Below, in pieces: positions 199,975 through 210,600 of a stretch of DNA of 248,000 nt (its first letter is position 1; every line of letters starts with the position of its first letter). This DNA comes from Andalucia godoyi And28. Taxonomy: Eukaryota; Protista; Jakobida. The notes under the pieces were generated by a model that was not told where the DNA came from, searched no databases, and saw nothing but the letters and a program-made list of their open reading frames with translations. Location of the stretch: positions 20,001 through 268,000 of the forward strand of contig VRVR01000021.1 in the NCBI GenBank assembly GCA_009859145.1, written 5' to 3'. The translations under genes were made by a program, and so were the position numbers.

Positions 199975-201405
199975 ATGGAGTACTGCATTGCTGCATGTTC
200001 TCTTGATTCCACGCTGTGCATTATGGATCCAGTGTCGGGAACGGTTTTATCGACGCTGCAAAAAGGACCAGTTGCGAATGAAAACGTGCTGGTGCAAGTT
200101 GGCCGCTACATTCTGACTGCGCAAGGCTCGACTCTCACATGTCATCTCACACCGCCACTTGATCGGCAGCTCGATGCTTTAGATCCCGAGTCGTTTCAGC
200201 AGAGCAATGCTAACAACTTCAGCAGCAGTAATGGTAACAGCAACAGCAACAGCAACAGCAACAGTAGCAGCAGTAGTAGCAGCAGCAGCAATGCCAATGA
200301 CCTGTTATCGGATCCGACGTTTCAATGGAAATCGCACGTACAGGAACCGATTACCGCGCTTGCAGTGACTTCGGATGCGTCATTTGTTATTGGGGGCTCG
200401 CACACTGGGAAGGTATCGATCTGGATGGCCGCAACAGGCAGCCTGCTTGTCGTTCGTCACGTGCATTCGCGAGAAATCACGTCGATAAAGTGCAGCGATG
200501 AAATTGTGTGGAGCGGGTGCATGGATGCGACAGTGAAACAGCACTCGATTTCGCAGTTGCTGTTGGATAGTATAGTGAACCCGCTGCGAATTCTCTCGCA
200601 GCATACGCTTGGAATCAAGTCGCTGCAGTATTCGAATGGGTGGCTGGTGTCGGTTGGTGCCGATCGACAGGTGCATGTGTGGTCCGAGAGAGAATCGGCA
200701 GAAGTGGTGTCGTTCAGTTTGCCAAGCCAAGGAACATGTGCCGCGCTTTCCGCAGATACACATACGTTGGTCGTCGGTTCCGTTACCGGCGCAATGTTTG
200801 TGATTCAATTATATCCTTTTCCGCCAGCAGTTTCCGATGAAACTGTGACGTCCGTCGATGGCCACTCGGCACAGGTCACGTCTCTCCAGTTTAACGCACT
200901 TGGAAACCGACTGATCTCGTCGTCACAGGATGGTTCGGTGCGGCTGTGGGACACTCATTCGTGGACGTGCGTAGTGTCCCACGACATGCGAAAAAACGCA
201001 GTCACCGTAGCGCGCTTTCTGGATGTGTATCCCACATCCGAGGAGACAGAAGATGAAAACCCGGTGCTTGGAATGCTGCAAAAGTACCCTTTGGAGGCCG
201101 ATGCAGAAATCGATGCGTCTGCCGTGCTGGGTGCCGAAAGCGACGAATCGGTGGCCCAGCTTCTGAGGGAACTGCGCATGCTCGGAGGAGACGTCGGTGA
201201 TCTCCAGCTCGACTCGGTTCTCCAGCAAATCGGAGGTGGAGCGTTGGACGACTTTTCCTTCGAGGATGAAGACGTCCGGGACGAGCTTGAGGAGTCTCGG
201301 CAGCAAGGAAAGGCGTTGTATGCAGAGTGTGTGCACGAGCTTCTCGATGTCATCAAGCTTACTCGGCAGCCCTCGGCTTCCTCCTCCGCTCGTCGGAAAT
201401 TGTAA
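199975..201405 (+). CDS. WDR18: WDR18/IPI3 Rix1-complex WD40 protein
   Basis: WD repeats (GGSHTGKVSIW, GHSAQVTSL, SSSQDGSVRLWD) and a C-terminal coil. Confidence 0.7.
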   Translation: MEYCIAACSLDSTLCIMDPVSGTVLSTLQKGPVANENVLVQVGRYILTAQGSTLTCHLTPPLDRQLDALDPESFQQSNANNFSSSNGNSNSNSNSNSSSSSSSSSNANDLLSDPTFQWKSHVQEPITALAVTSDASFVIGGSHTGKVSIWMAATGSLLVVRHVHSREITSIKCSDEIVWSGCMDATVKQHSISQLLLDSIVNPLRILSQHTLGIKSLQYSNGWLVSVGADRQVHVWSERESAEVVSFSLPSQGTCAALSADTHTLVVGSVTGAMFVIQLYPFPPAVSDETVTSVDGHSAQVTSLQFNALGNRLISSSQDGSVRLWDTHSWTCVVSHDMRKNAVTVARFLDVYPTSEETEDENPVLGMLQKYPLEADAEIDASAVLGAESDESVAQLLRELRMLGGDVGDLQLDSVLQQIGGGALDDFSFEDEDVRDELEESRQQGKALYAECVHELLDVIKLTRQPSASSSARRKL

Positions 201406-201678
201406 TTCTCTACTTCTTGCATTCTTGTTATGATTTTTACCCGTTGTTATTCTCGCCGAGTATATTGAAGAAATGAAAAACAAAAAGGAACAGAGAACCC
201501 CCGTTGTTCGTGTGTGCAATATGAAACGTAAATCCAATGGGGAAGATGAACAATCGTTAAACAGGGAGAGGATTTTCACGACTATGTTACTGTTTATGGG
201601 ATTCTGAGGATCCCATTGTAAGAACGAGAGTGTGGTGTTGAGATATGAGTGAGTGAGAGGGACATGAATGTGTATATA

Positions 201679-201710
<32 letters not shown>

Positions 201711-201768
201711 TGTGTGTGTGTGGATATGCGGGAATGGGGGAGTGTGCGAGACTGTCTGCAGCAGCTGA

Positions 201769-202170
201769 TCATGACTTTGGAGGGGCATTGGCCTCGGCTT
201801 GCTGCTGCTCCCTTGCAAAGAATTCTTCGAGATTCCAATTATTTTCCTTTTCGATTGTTTCTCGAGCCCTGTAGATCTTGGATTGAATGTAGAACGAGCC
201901 TCCTTTTGACGGTTCGTTTGCATTGAACATGCGTTCATAGACCTTGGCCGCATCCTGTGCCGTTGCATTATCCTTGAGCCCCAGCACCGACTTTGCTTCC
202001 TCGAGATTCATCGGTCGTGGTCTCAATCCACGCATGTGCGACGGTCCAGCGACTTGAAACCCGCCCGATGCACGCACATGCCGGAACGCATCCACCGCAG
202101 ACTTTAGGACAATCCCCCCACCAATCACAAGAACTCGCGCCAGCAGTCTCCCAATGAACGGATTCGACAT
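201769..202170 (-). CDS. PAM16: Pam16/Tim16
   Basis: MNLEEAKSVL and NEPSKGGSFYIQSKIYRARE. Confidence 0.92.
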   Translation of the reverse strand: MSNPFIGRLLARVLVIGGGIVLKSAVDAFRHVRASGGFQVAGPSHMRGLRPRPMNLEEAKSVLGLKDNATAQDAAKVYERMFNANEPSKGGSFYIQSKIYRARETIEKENNWNLEEFFAREQQQAEANAPPKS

Positions 202171-202491
202171 TGGAAAAGCCTAAGACACGCACAGCCGAAA
202201 GAAACAAGAAACAAGAAACAAGAAACAAGAAACAAGAAACAAAAGAACGCCATAAACAACAAAACCAAAGCTTGGAAAAATGCGAATTGCGATCCTCTTC
202301 CTCACTACTGCATAGAGGCGCCTCAAGTTCATCTGTTTATTTCGCGCTCCCTCAGCATTGAAAGCTGACTGTAGTACCATTTGTTTTTTCATTCCTTTTC
202401 TTGTTGTTATCAACGTTCCTTTTTTAAACAGTAAAGTATTTATACTATACGAACCCTTTAAAATTACAACAATAAATATATTTAGAAAGCG

Positions 202492-203796
202492 GTGAGAGGG
202501 AGCGATGTGATGAAGGATCTTATTGTGGGAGTGGAGACGTCGTGTGACGACACGTGTGTCGCAGTGATGAGCATGGAGTCGGGTGATGTCCTGTATGAAT
202601 CGCGAGTGTCGCAAGAGCATTTGAACGAGCGGTTTGCAGGAGTGAAGCCAGATGCAGCGGCCAAAGAACATTCCCGTGTCTTGGACTCCATTCTCGTAGA
202701 AGCACTGCGTAGAAGCAGCATTGGAACAGCATATAATGGTAATGGCAACGTCACTGACGACAGGACCACTGTCAGTGGCTATCATGGCGACTCAGAGAGC
202801 GGGCGGGAGGGTGCTTCGTCCGTTTCAGTGTTAGACAGTGCGCTGGCGAACCAAAGTCTGTTTTCTGTGCTCAGAGAACGAGTTGCGGCGGTTGCATATA
202901 CAAGAGGACCGGGTCTTGCAATGTGTTTAGCCGTGGGTGCGTCGTCATCGCGCACTTTGGCTTCGCGTTTGCAAGTTCCCTTGTTCCCTGTGCATCACTT
203001 GGCTGCGCATTTGCTTGTTCCACGGTTGTTTTCACGGTCGATTGCATTTCCATTTCTTGGATTGCTGGTATCAGGAGGCCACTGTCTCGTCGCAATGAGC
203101 CGCTCGCCTGCAAAACACGAGGTTCTGGCGGAAACCATGGATGATGCTCTGGGTGAAGCGTTCGACAAGACGGCCCGTTTGCTTATGCTTCCGCATCCTC
203201 ACAACGGCCAGACCCTCGAACGGGAGGCGCTGAAGGCCACTGATCCGGAGAAGTTTCTGTCACGCATGCCGCTTCCATTGAGGAACACGCCTGCCACGAA
203301 GGCATTCTCGTTTGCAGGACTAAAGACGAGTATGCTGCGATTGGTGCTCGAGCTGTCTGGACAGAAGCAAAAGGATCATATCCGACTGTCGCAAGTTGCA
203401 GCATCTGCGCTTTCCATTGAAGACCGCAGGAACCTTGCTGCGGCCTTTCAGACCGTTGCGACGAAGCATGTGGTCAGACAGGTCGGTTCGGTGATGGATG
203501 GCATTCCGTTCAGCACAACAAGGCAGCTCATTGTTTCGGGCGGTGTCGCTTCGAACCAGTTTCTGCGGTCCAGTTTGGAAGCATTGTGTGAGGATCGGGG
203601 ATGGAAAGTTGATTTCCCTCCACCGCCAGTCTGTACGGACAATGCAGTGATGGTGTGTTGGGCAGCAAGAGACATGAAGAAGGAAATGGCATGGACAGGA
203701 TGGGACGGCCAAGTTGCGGATGCCCGGTTCGCGGCTGGAAAAGGAATTCAACCGCGGTGGTTTGTGGAAGATTGGGCGAGTTTCAAAGATCTCTGA
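202492..203796 (+). CDS. OSGEPL1: Mitochondrial t6A synthase Qri7/TsaD (OSGEPL1)
   Basis: GVETSCDDT, HHLAAH, LLVSGGH, DDALGEAFDK, FSFAGLK, SGGVASN and TDNAVM. Confidence 0.92.
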   Translation: MRGSDVMKDLIVGVETSCDDTCVAVMSMESGDVLYESRVSQEHLNERFAGVKPDAAAKEHSRVLDSILVEALRRSSIGTAYNGNGNVTDDRTTVSGYHGDSESGREGASSVSVLDSALANQSLFSVLRERVAAVAYTRGPGLAMCLAVGASSSRTLASRLQVPLFPVHHLAAHLLVPRLFSRSIAFPFLGLLVSGGHCLVAMSRSPAKHEVLAETMDDALGEAFDKTARLLMLPHPHNGQTLEREALKATDPEKFLSRMPLPLRNTPATKAFSFAGLKTSMLRLVLELSGQKQKDHIRLSQVAASALSIEDRRNLAAAFQTVATKHVVRQVGSVMDGIPFSTTRQLIVSGGVASNQFLRSSLEALCEDRGWKVDFPPPPVCTDNAVMVCWAARDMKKEMAWTGWDGQVADARFAAGKGIQPRWFVEDWASFKDL

Positions 203797-203943
203797 GACC
203801 CCCGCAAGCCAAATTTACCCCAAAGCACAGCACATCACAGAACAAAAATGAACGCAGCAATGTTTTGGTATTAAGAGGGAGGAGGGAGGCGGGAGGCGGG
203901 AGCGGTTGTTTCCATGTTGCACTCTTCGGGAGGGGAAATTTTA

Positions 203944-205282
203944 CTACTGCTTTGCGCGAATCTTGACGATTGCTGCAACTTGTGTGGACATGGCAACAGA
204001 TTGATTATCTTGGAAGTTGGCCGCATTCTGTGCCAACGAGTCCTTGTCATACAGATAATTGACCATCCAGCCAAAGGATTGCCGTTGACCATTTTCGCTA
204101 AGATCCGCCATCGAGTTCAATCTCCAGAGAACCGCACCATTTGCACAATGGAACCTCATGACGGGGTCCTTCTTCTGAACAGCGAGATACTCGGCAACAA
204201 CGACGGACTGTTCACCAAACGTCATGCTCGAGAAATCAATCTCCTTGGCCCTCAAGTATGGTGCCAGAGTCGGAATAGGCGACAGTGTGCTCATTTTAGT
204301 GACATTTGCAAAGTCTGCGGCGTCATCGAACCGTGACGAGTACACCATCTTTTTCAGCAAGATGTTCCCCATATCCATTCCCTTCAGTCCCTTGTGGGGC
204401 GAGTTGATGGAGTAGAAGATCGCACAAGGATTCGTGATGTCGCAATTCCGCGTATTCGCAGCCTCGTATATGCCGTCGTCGAAGATATCCTTCATGGAGC
204501 TTGCAACGTCTGGCACAAACGCAACGCTGACGAATGCCAGTGGATCCTTCATGGAATCCGAAGTCAGCATGTAGATTCGCCTGTTTCGTCCGCATGCTCG
204601 GATCTCTACATCCTGCACGTCACGGAACTTGTGCACGGATTCATTGGCCATAACGAACGCCGTCCATGATCTCCATTTTTCATCATTGTTTCTGTGCCGA
204701 GTGAAGCTCTGAACTCGCAACACTGCGGGAGACAACCAATACGAAAAGAGCGTATCGAGCGACCTTTTGAGGGTTTCCATCTCTGGAACAGCACTCATGT
204801 TATTCTAGATAAATCGAACATGACAGCGAGAATCCGGCAAGCCCATTTTTCCCCTCCGCGGAATAGCCAAAGACAAACCAACGGAGCAACGGAGAAAAGA
204901 GAAATTAGAAAAACGCACACGCACACACGCACACACGCACACACACCAAGACCAGCAAGCAAAGCGTAAGCAATCAAAACACAAACACACATACAAGCAC
205001 AGTATTTCGCAATTGAATCAGAGAATCCAGTCCTTGATCACTTGCCAACTGTTGAAATAACAAGATATGGTCCTTTTCAGGAAACTCCGACGCAAGACTG
205101 GCCAAGAATGCCGCTTTGGTACGTTCATTCGCCGCGGAATACTGAATCTGCAACGATTTTACAGAATCGGTGGCGATTCCGGCAGGCAAATGTGGGTATT
205201 TTGTGAGTGCATCACGAACCAATCCAGTGGATATGGAAGCCATTCGTCGTTGCATCCCAAACCGCACAGCACCACGAAGCAT
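203944..205282 (-). CDS. MLYCD: Malonyl-CoA decarboxylase, spliced
   Basis: NESVHK, PLAFV, AIFYSINS...L.G.D.GN.L.K, TLSPIP, DPVMRFHCANGA and MVNYLY. Confidence 0.88.
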
Positions 205283-205429
205283 TGCCTCCTTTCCTTCCTT
205301 CCTACCTACCTTCCGTCTTCCCTCTCGTACTTGCGACTCGCGATCCCCCGCGACCCCGTGACCCCACCGCGTTGAGGACGTGACAGATCCAACGGCTGAC
205401 CGTTTTGTGTTTGAACATCCAACAACCAA

Positions 205430-206222
205430 CATCATACCAGATGTTGTTTATCTTACCCTTTGGAGACGCGATTCTCTTACCGTAGTCAAATCCAGAATTT
205501 CTTCATTCTTCACTTTTTATTCATACTTTCTATTTCTTTTCTGTTGTTTATTATAATCGAACCTTCAAGCAGAACCTCCTCGTCAGAGACAAAACATCTC
205601 ATGGCTCCAAAGAGGAATCCTCCCGACAAACTCAAACCGGCCATGCTCCGAAGATAGCGAGAACCAAGAAACCCGTTGATCCCCTCTCGTCGGCGGCGGA
205701 GAGCAAGAAGAAGAAGAAGTGACCCCTCTGATGTAGAGCAATCTGCATTAAAGAGCTGGTGTTCGCCCCCAAATTAAAAAAAAAGCTCATGTGGCTTGGA
205801 GTGACAGCTTAGCCGACGGTCAATAATGATTCATCGGCCGTTGCCACTAATTGCGATATGATGAAGCAATCCAAAGCGCGCGCAAAGAAAAAAACACTGC
205901 CACGCGCCGTGCGTATGCGTATGCGCATGCGTTTGCTATCTTGACAACTCCGTCACACGATGCCCGATTCGTTTCGCCCCATTTTGATCATGAAGTCCCA
206001 ATAAACACGTCGCCGCGTTGCATTCTCGCACAGCGACGCTCATTTCATTTTCTTATTGTTATTGTCCATGCAACGCAACATCTATCTTGGGAACGTCGCT
206101 CATGCCGAGGGACGTGTTGGGGCCTACCCCCTTCCCAATCATGCTATGCATGTTGTTGGGTTGCAACATTGATTATGGGTGATCAGCGATGATTATCCGT
206201 GGATTAGTGCACAATGTAGGCG
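205430..206222 (-). repeat. Composite repeat: family B followed by family D on the minus strand
   Basis: 206222-205843 matches B; 205830-205430 matches D. Confidence 0.82.
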
Positions 206223-206456
206223 CAAGAAAACAGCAGGACTTCGGAAACAGACCAAGAGCGTCGATCGGTGTCGACTCTCGCTGCACGAATTCTGCGGAAT
206301 CGTTTTTTCGTTTGAATGTTTTGCTTTAAATATTTCTTTTAAACATTTTAAATATTTGCTTTTGCGCAGTTATTATTTATTTTTGAGGGGGGTTTTGATA
206401 CAGTGGGAAAACGCGCGAACAAAGAAGAAAGAAAGGAAAAAAAAAAAAAAAGAAAA

Positions 206457-207437
206457 ATGTTTTCGTTGTTTGTTGTGGGATTCATAAAGACGCCTTTTCG
206501 AGAGCGAAATGGGACTCCAAGGCAGTCGTTGCTTGCTCCGGCTGTGCGATCGACGCTTAAGATTCTTCCGCAGTGGCACGGAATATCCTCTCTGGATGGC
206601 TTGGAATCGTTTTCTCATTGTTGGGTTGTTTTTTTGTTCGATCGAAATACCAACGAGGCGAAGAGATCTGGTTCAGAATCGATGGTTCAGACGCTGGATC
206701 CACGACTCGGTGAACCGACGTCCGCAGAGAAATCCTATTCGGACGCACCGACTGCGGGTCTTGTGACGGACACTGTAAAACAGCCTGTGATGTCCATTCC
206801 AGCAAAAGTGTCGCCACCAAGACTTGGTGGAAAGAAGGTTGGGTTGTTTGCGACACGGACGCCGCATCGACCAAATCCAATCGGCCTTTCACTTGCTCGG
206901 ATTGAAAGGCTCGATTTACTGACCGGCACGTTGCACTTGTCTGGACTGGATTTGTGCGACGGTACTGCAGTCCTGGATATCAAGCCGTACCATCCGCAAG
207001 ATAGGATAGAAAGCGCAAAGTTCCCCGAGTGGGTACTTGCAGATACGCGAACGAATGTCGCTACGGAGGCGTCCATGAACGAACTCGAGTTTGCAAGTTG
207101 GGTGTCGGACGACGCTGCATCTGCCCTGAGCATGATTGAGTTCAAGCCGTCTGTGAATTCAATTGTCCGAATTCCAAAGTCGGTGATTCTGAAAATCCGC
207201 GGTTGGCAGCCAAACTCGCAGTTCTACAGTGCCACAGGCCACAGAGATCTCTATGCGTTGGTGTTGTCAGTCGCACAAGTCCTTGCCTGCGAAATTCGGC
207301 CTGTGCACGTGCGCAAACAGCGGTCTGACCAGACGTTTGGTTTGTGGTTTGACTGTTTTAATTTTCTATTTAGAACCAATGCAGACAGCGTGGATGTCGC
207401 GGACGTGGAACTTTGGATCGACGCGAAACAGCGATAA
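206457..207437 (+). CDS. TRMO: tRNA m6t6A37 methyltransferase TrmO (TsaA)
   Basis: TPRQ, GLESFSHCWVVFLF, GLFATRTPHRPNPIGLS and DGTAVLDIKPY. Confidence 0.93.
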   Translation: MFSLFVVGFIKTPFRERNGTPRQSLLAPAVRSTLKILPQWHGISSLDGLESFSHCWVVFLFDRNTNEAKRSGSESMVQTLDPRLGEPTSAEKSYSDAPTAGLVTDTVKQPVMSIPAKVSPPRLGGKKVGLFATRTPHRPNPIGLSLARIERLDLLTGTLHLSGLDLCDGTAVLDIKPYHPQDRIESAKFPEWVLADTRTNVATEASMNELEFASWVSDDAASALSMIEFKPSVNSIVRIPKSVILKIRGWQPNSQFYSATGHRDLYALVLSVAQVLACEIRPVHVRKQRSDQTFGLWFDCFNFLFRTNADSVDVADVELWIDAKQR

Positions 207438-207686
207438 TTCATCAATTCGTGTAATTTAAAAATGAACAGGAAAAACGAAAACCAGAAAAGAGACGTGCTC
207501 ACTCCTCTTCTCTCTGTCATTAAAAAAAAAAAATGAATTCTGTCATTGCTGCGCAGGCCTCTCGTTTCTTTTGAAAACAACGTTTGGTGCATTTTTCAGC
207601 TTTTCTTCTTTCGGTTCGTGAAAAGGGCGATAGAGGGGGAGAAGAAGGAGAAACGTCGAAGCTGGAGTGTGCTTTTACAACCACAA

Positions 207687-210600
207687 CTATTGAGGATTAG
207701 TGGACAACGGAAGGGAAATTCGACGCGGTTCAGGGTTGGTAGGGGTTGGAATGGAGGGCCTGCGTTGTTCAGTGGTGGCGGTCACCACTCCAGGAGCATT
207801 GATCAACGGCTTGGTGGAGACGTCAATGGACGAAGGCACACTCGACGCGCGCTCGCGCTCGGAACCAGAAGGAGCGAAGGCGGGCGCAGGCTGGGGTGGG
207901 AGTGGCACCGGGTACACAGGACCCCCTGAGCTCGACGCGGGCAAAGAGAGACCGCTAGTAGCAGGAGTTGCGAGATCGGCCGTCACCGCAGATGAAGGAT
208001 ACCAATTTGTTGTGGACGGCATGCCAACGGGAGCAGAATGTGCAGGTGACATCATGGTTGGGTTCGAGTGGATTGGAATGCTCTGCGCAACAGCTGTGGC
208101 GTTTTGCAATTTCTGTTCCATCTTTTGGACATGCGGTACTGGAGGGAGCCACTCCGGAACTGAGGAAGCCCCCGATGTCGTGCGAACTACACGAACAGAA
208201 TTCTGGGTCTGAAGCGAATGCATCTCGTTGATCACATCTTCCACCCACAGACATCCACGGAGTCTCGCAAACTCCTTTCCCCACTGGCGAGAAACGTGCA
208301 TGGAATCCAGAACGGAACGCTCCGCATTCTCGCGCAGCCGCTCATACTGATCTTTGCGCTCGTACACTCTCATGCAACGATCAACACAGTTGATGAAGTC
208401 TGCAACACGATACCCCAAAAACAGGAAGCCGTTGCCACGTTCGGAGTCCACGTCAAACTCGGAAACAGTGTCCTTCAAACCGCCGGTGGCAAATGCAACA
208501 ACAGGGGTCCCAGCTGCAAAATACTCTTGCTGTACTTGGCCTCCAGGCTCAAACAACGATGGCATCAGTCCAAAGTCTGAGCCGATGTTGACAAGAGGGC
208601 CATCGGCGAAGAACGCATCGGGATCGCACCAGAACTGGTTCGGAAATAGAGACCGAAGGGCACGCATCCGTGCCCCACAGCGAGCCGCATACGGATCCGT
208701 ATAGTTCGCCTGTCCGCCGATGATGATCATCAGCTTTCCACTGTAAGTGTACATCAAATGCTCGACAGCATCCACGATGAGATGCACTCCTTTTTGCTCC
208801 GTGATTCTGCCGACAAAGGAGAACACGGGCACAGACGGCTCCGAACGTCCAAAATACTTCTTTTGGACAATTTCTTTGGCTGCCTCATGAGAGGGAGCAA
208901 TCTTGGCCATCTGCGCACGACGCACAGCAACACGGATTCCGTTTGAATACGCAAAAGGACGGGCATACTTCCGGAGAACATACGCGTAGGATGACGACGA
209001 CAGCAGATCGTTGCGATACGACAGCGATACGGTTCCCCACTGATCACTCATTCTGAGCGCCGCCCGCGATGAGTCAATACACCTGATGTAGGGGTCCCAC
209101 ACCACATCGTCCGGCAGCTGATGAATCCATCCAAAGTGATCATCCGCGGCATGCAAGTGGGCCTCTGGATAGATGCGACCCTGGTAGCCCTCTTCGAGAT
209201 TGTGGACGACATGCATCAGCGTGGCGCCGCGGAACGACGAGCCGTAATATCCGAGTTTGGTATACGCGGCTACCAACCCCGATGGCCAATCATGGGTGAC
209301 GATTACTGCGGGAAGAATGTGCTTCTGGCACAACGTCTCCAGAGCTGCGCGAGCCAGTAACACCACCGTTCGACACTGGTCCATTGCCCTCCCCGATCGG
209401 TAAGCGACTGGAAAGATATCAGCATGGTGAAGGAAGTAATAATGCACATTGTTGCGGTGCACGTAGTGAAGCCCGACGTTGACGGTATCGAATCCAACGT
209501 TTGTCTGGATGATGCTGTCCAGGAAGATCCCGTCTTCTTTCAGGTAATCCGTCTTTCCGGCATTGTTCTTGTTGTAGTACGGACTTAGCACATGCACTTC
209601 CAGTCCCATAGAAGCGAGATCCTGGGCCAGTGCATCCACCATCACAGCAACACCGCCAATCTTGGACCATGGAGCGATTTCCGGAGTAACCATGACAATG
209701 GAACCAAGCTTGTTGCGCTCAAGCAGAGATCGACACACGTCAAATACAACGGTGTCGATGCCTTGCTTGTTCAGTGCTGCGGATCGAAGATACGACGCAA
209801 CCACCACTTCCTTTGCTGTTTCTTGCTGAACTGCGTGGAACAATACTCGGTGCAACACAGCGGGGAGCAAGTCCCGTTCCAACGGTGGAGTCAGGACGGA
209901 TGCATAGCGCTTAATGAGATCGAAGAACTCGTCAGATCTGTTTCTGTCCTGCAGAGCCTTCAGAACATTCTTGTAAAAGTGGTGGCTTGGCAGCGCATGG
210001 TCCTGGCATTCCAAGCATCTGCGAAGGGATGATTCCACCACAAGTCGACGAGAAGACACAGTGTCCTGCATTGGCGACACAAGGAGACAAAGAGAGGAAG
210101 AGGGCGTTACCTGGAACGTAATCGGCTTCATATCGACACCGCTGAGTGCAACGATTTCCTCGCCATAGAAGTATTCGACCTTGCCCTTTGGTTCTACTCG
210201 GGAGACGGAGTACATTTCATCCGATCGCACGACCGCAGATTTTGGAATCGACAACGGTACCCAGTGCGCATCCGACGGAGACATGTTCACGGCGCAGAAG
210301 CACATTTCTCCCGTTGCTCTAATCCATCGGATAAAACATGCTATCTGATGAGGATTCGGCGAAGGCACAAACTCAAGCTCCCCCTTCAGCAAAACATCGT
210401 AGCGTCTCCGCAAACTCGTTCGCGAAACAACGTATTCCTCTAAAAACTGCTGAGAAAAAGACACATTCATTCGATGCCGTCGACCAGTAGTGATGTCGAC
210501 GGAAAAAGGAAAAGTATCCAGTTCGATGGACGAGGTGCAGGGAACCCAAGGCAGCAGATACATGAGATCCAGCATTGTCCACGGATGAGAGGAGTTCAGC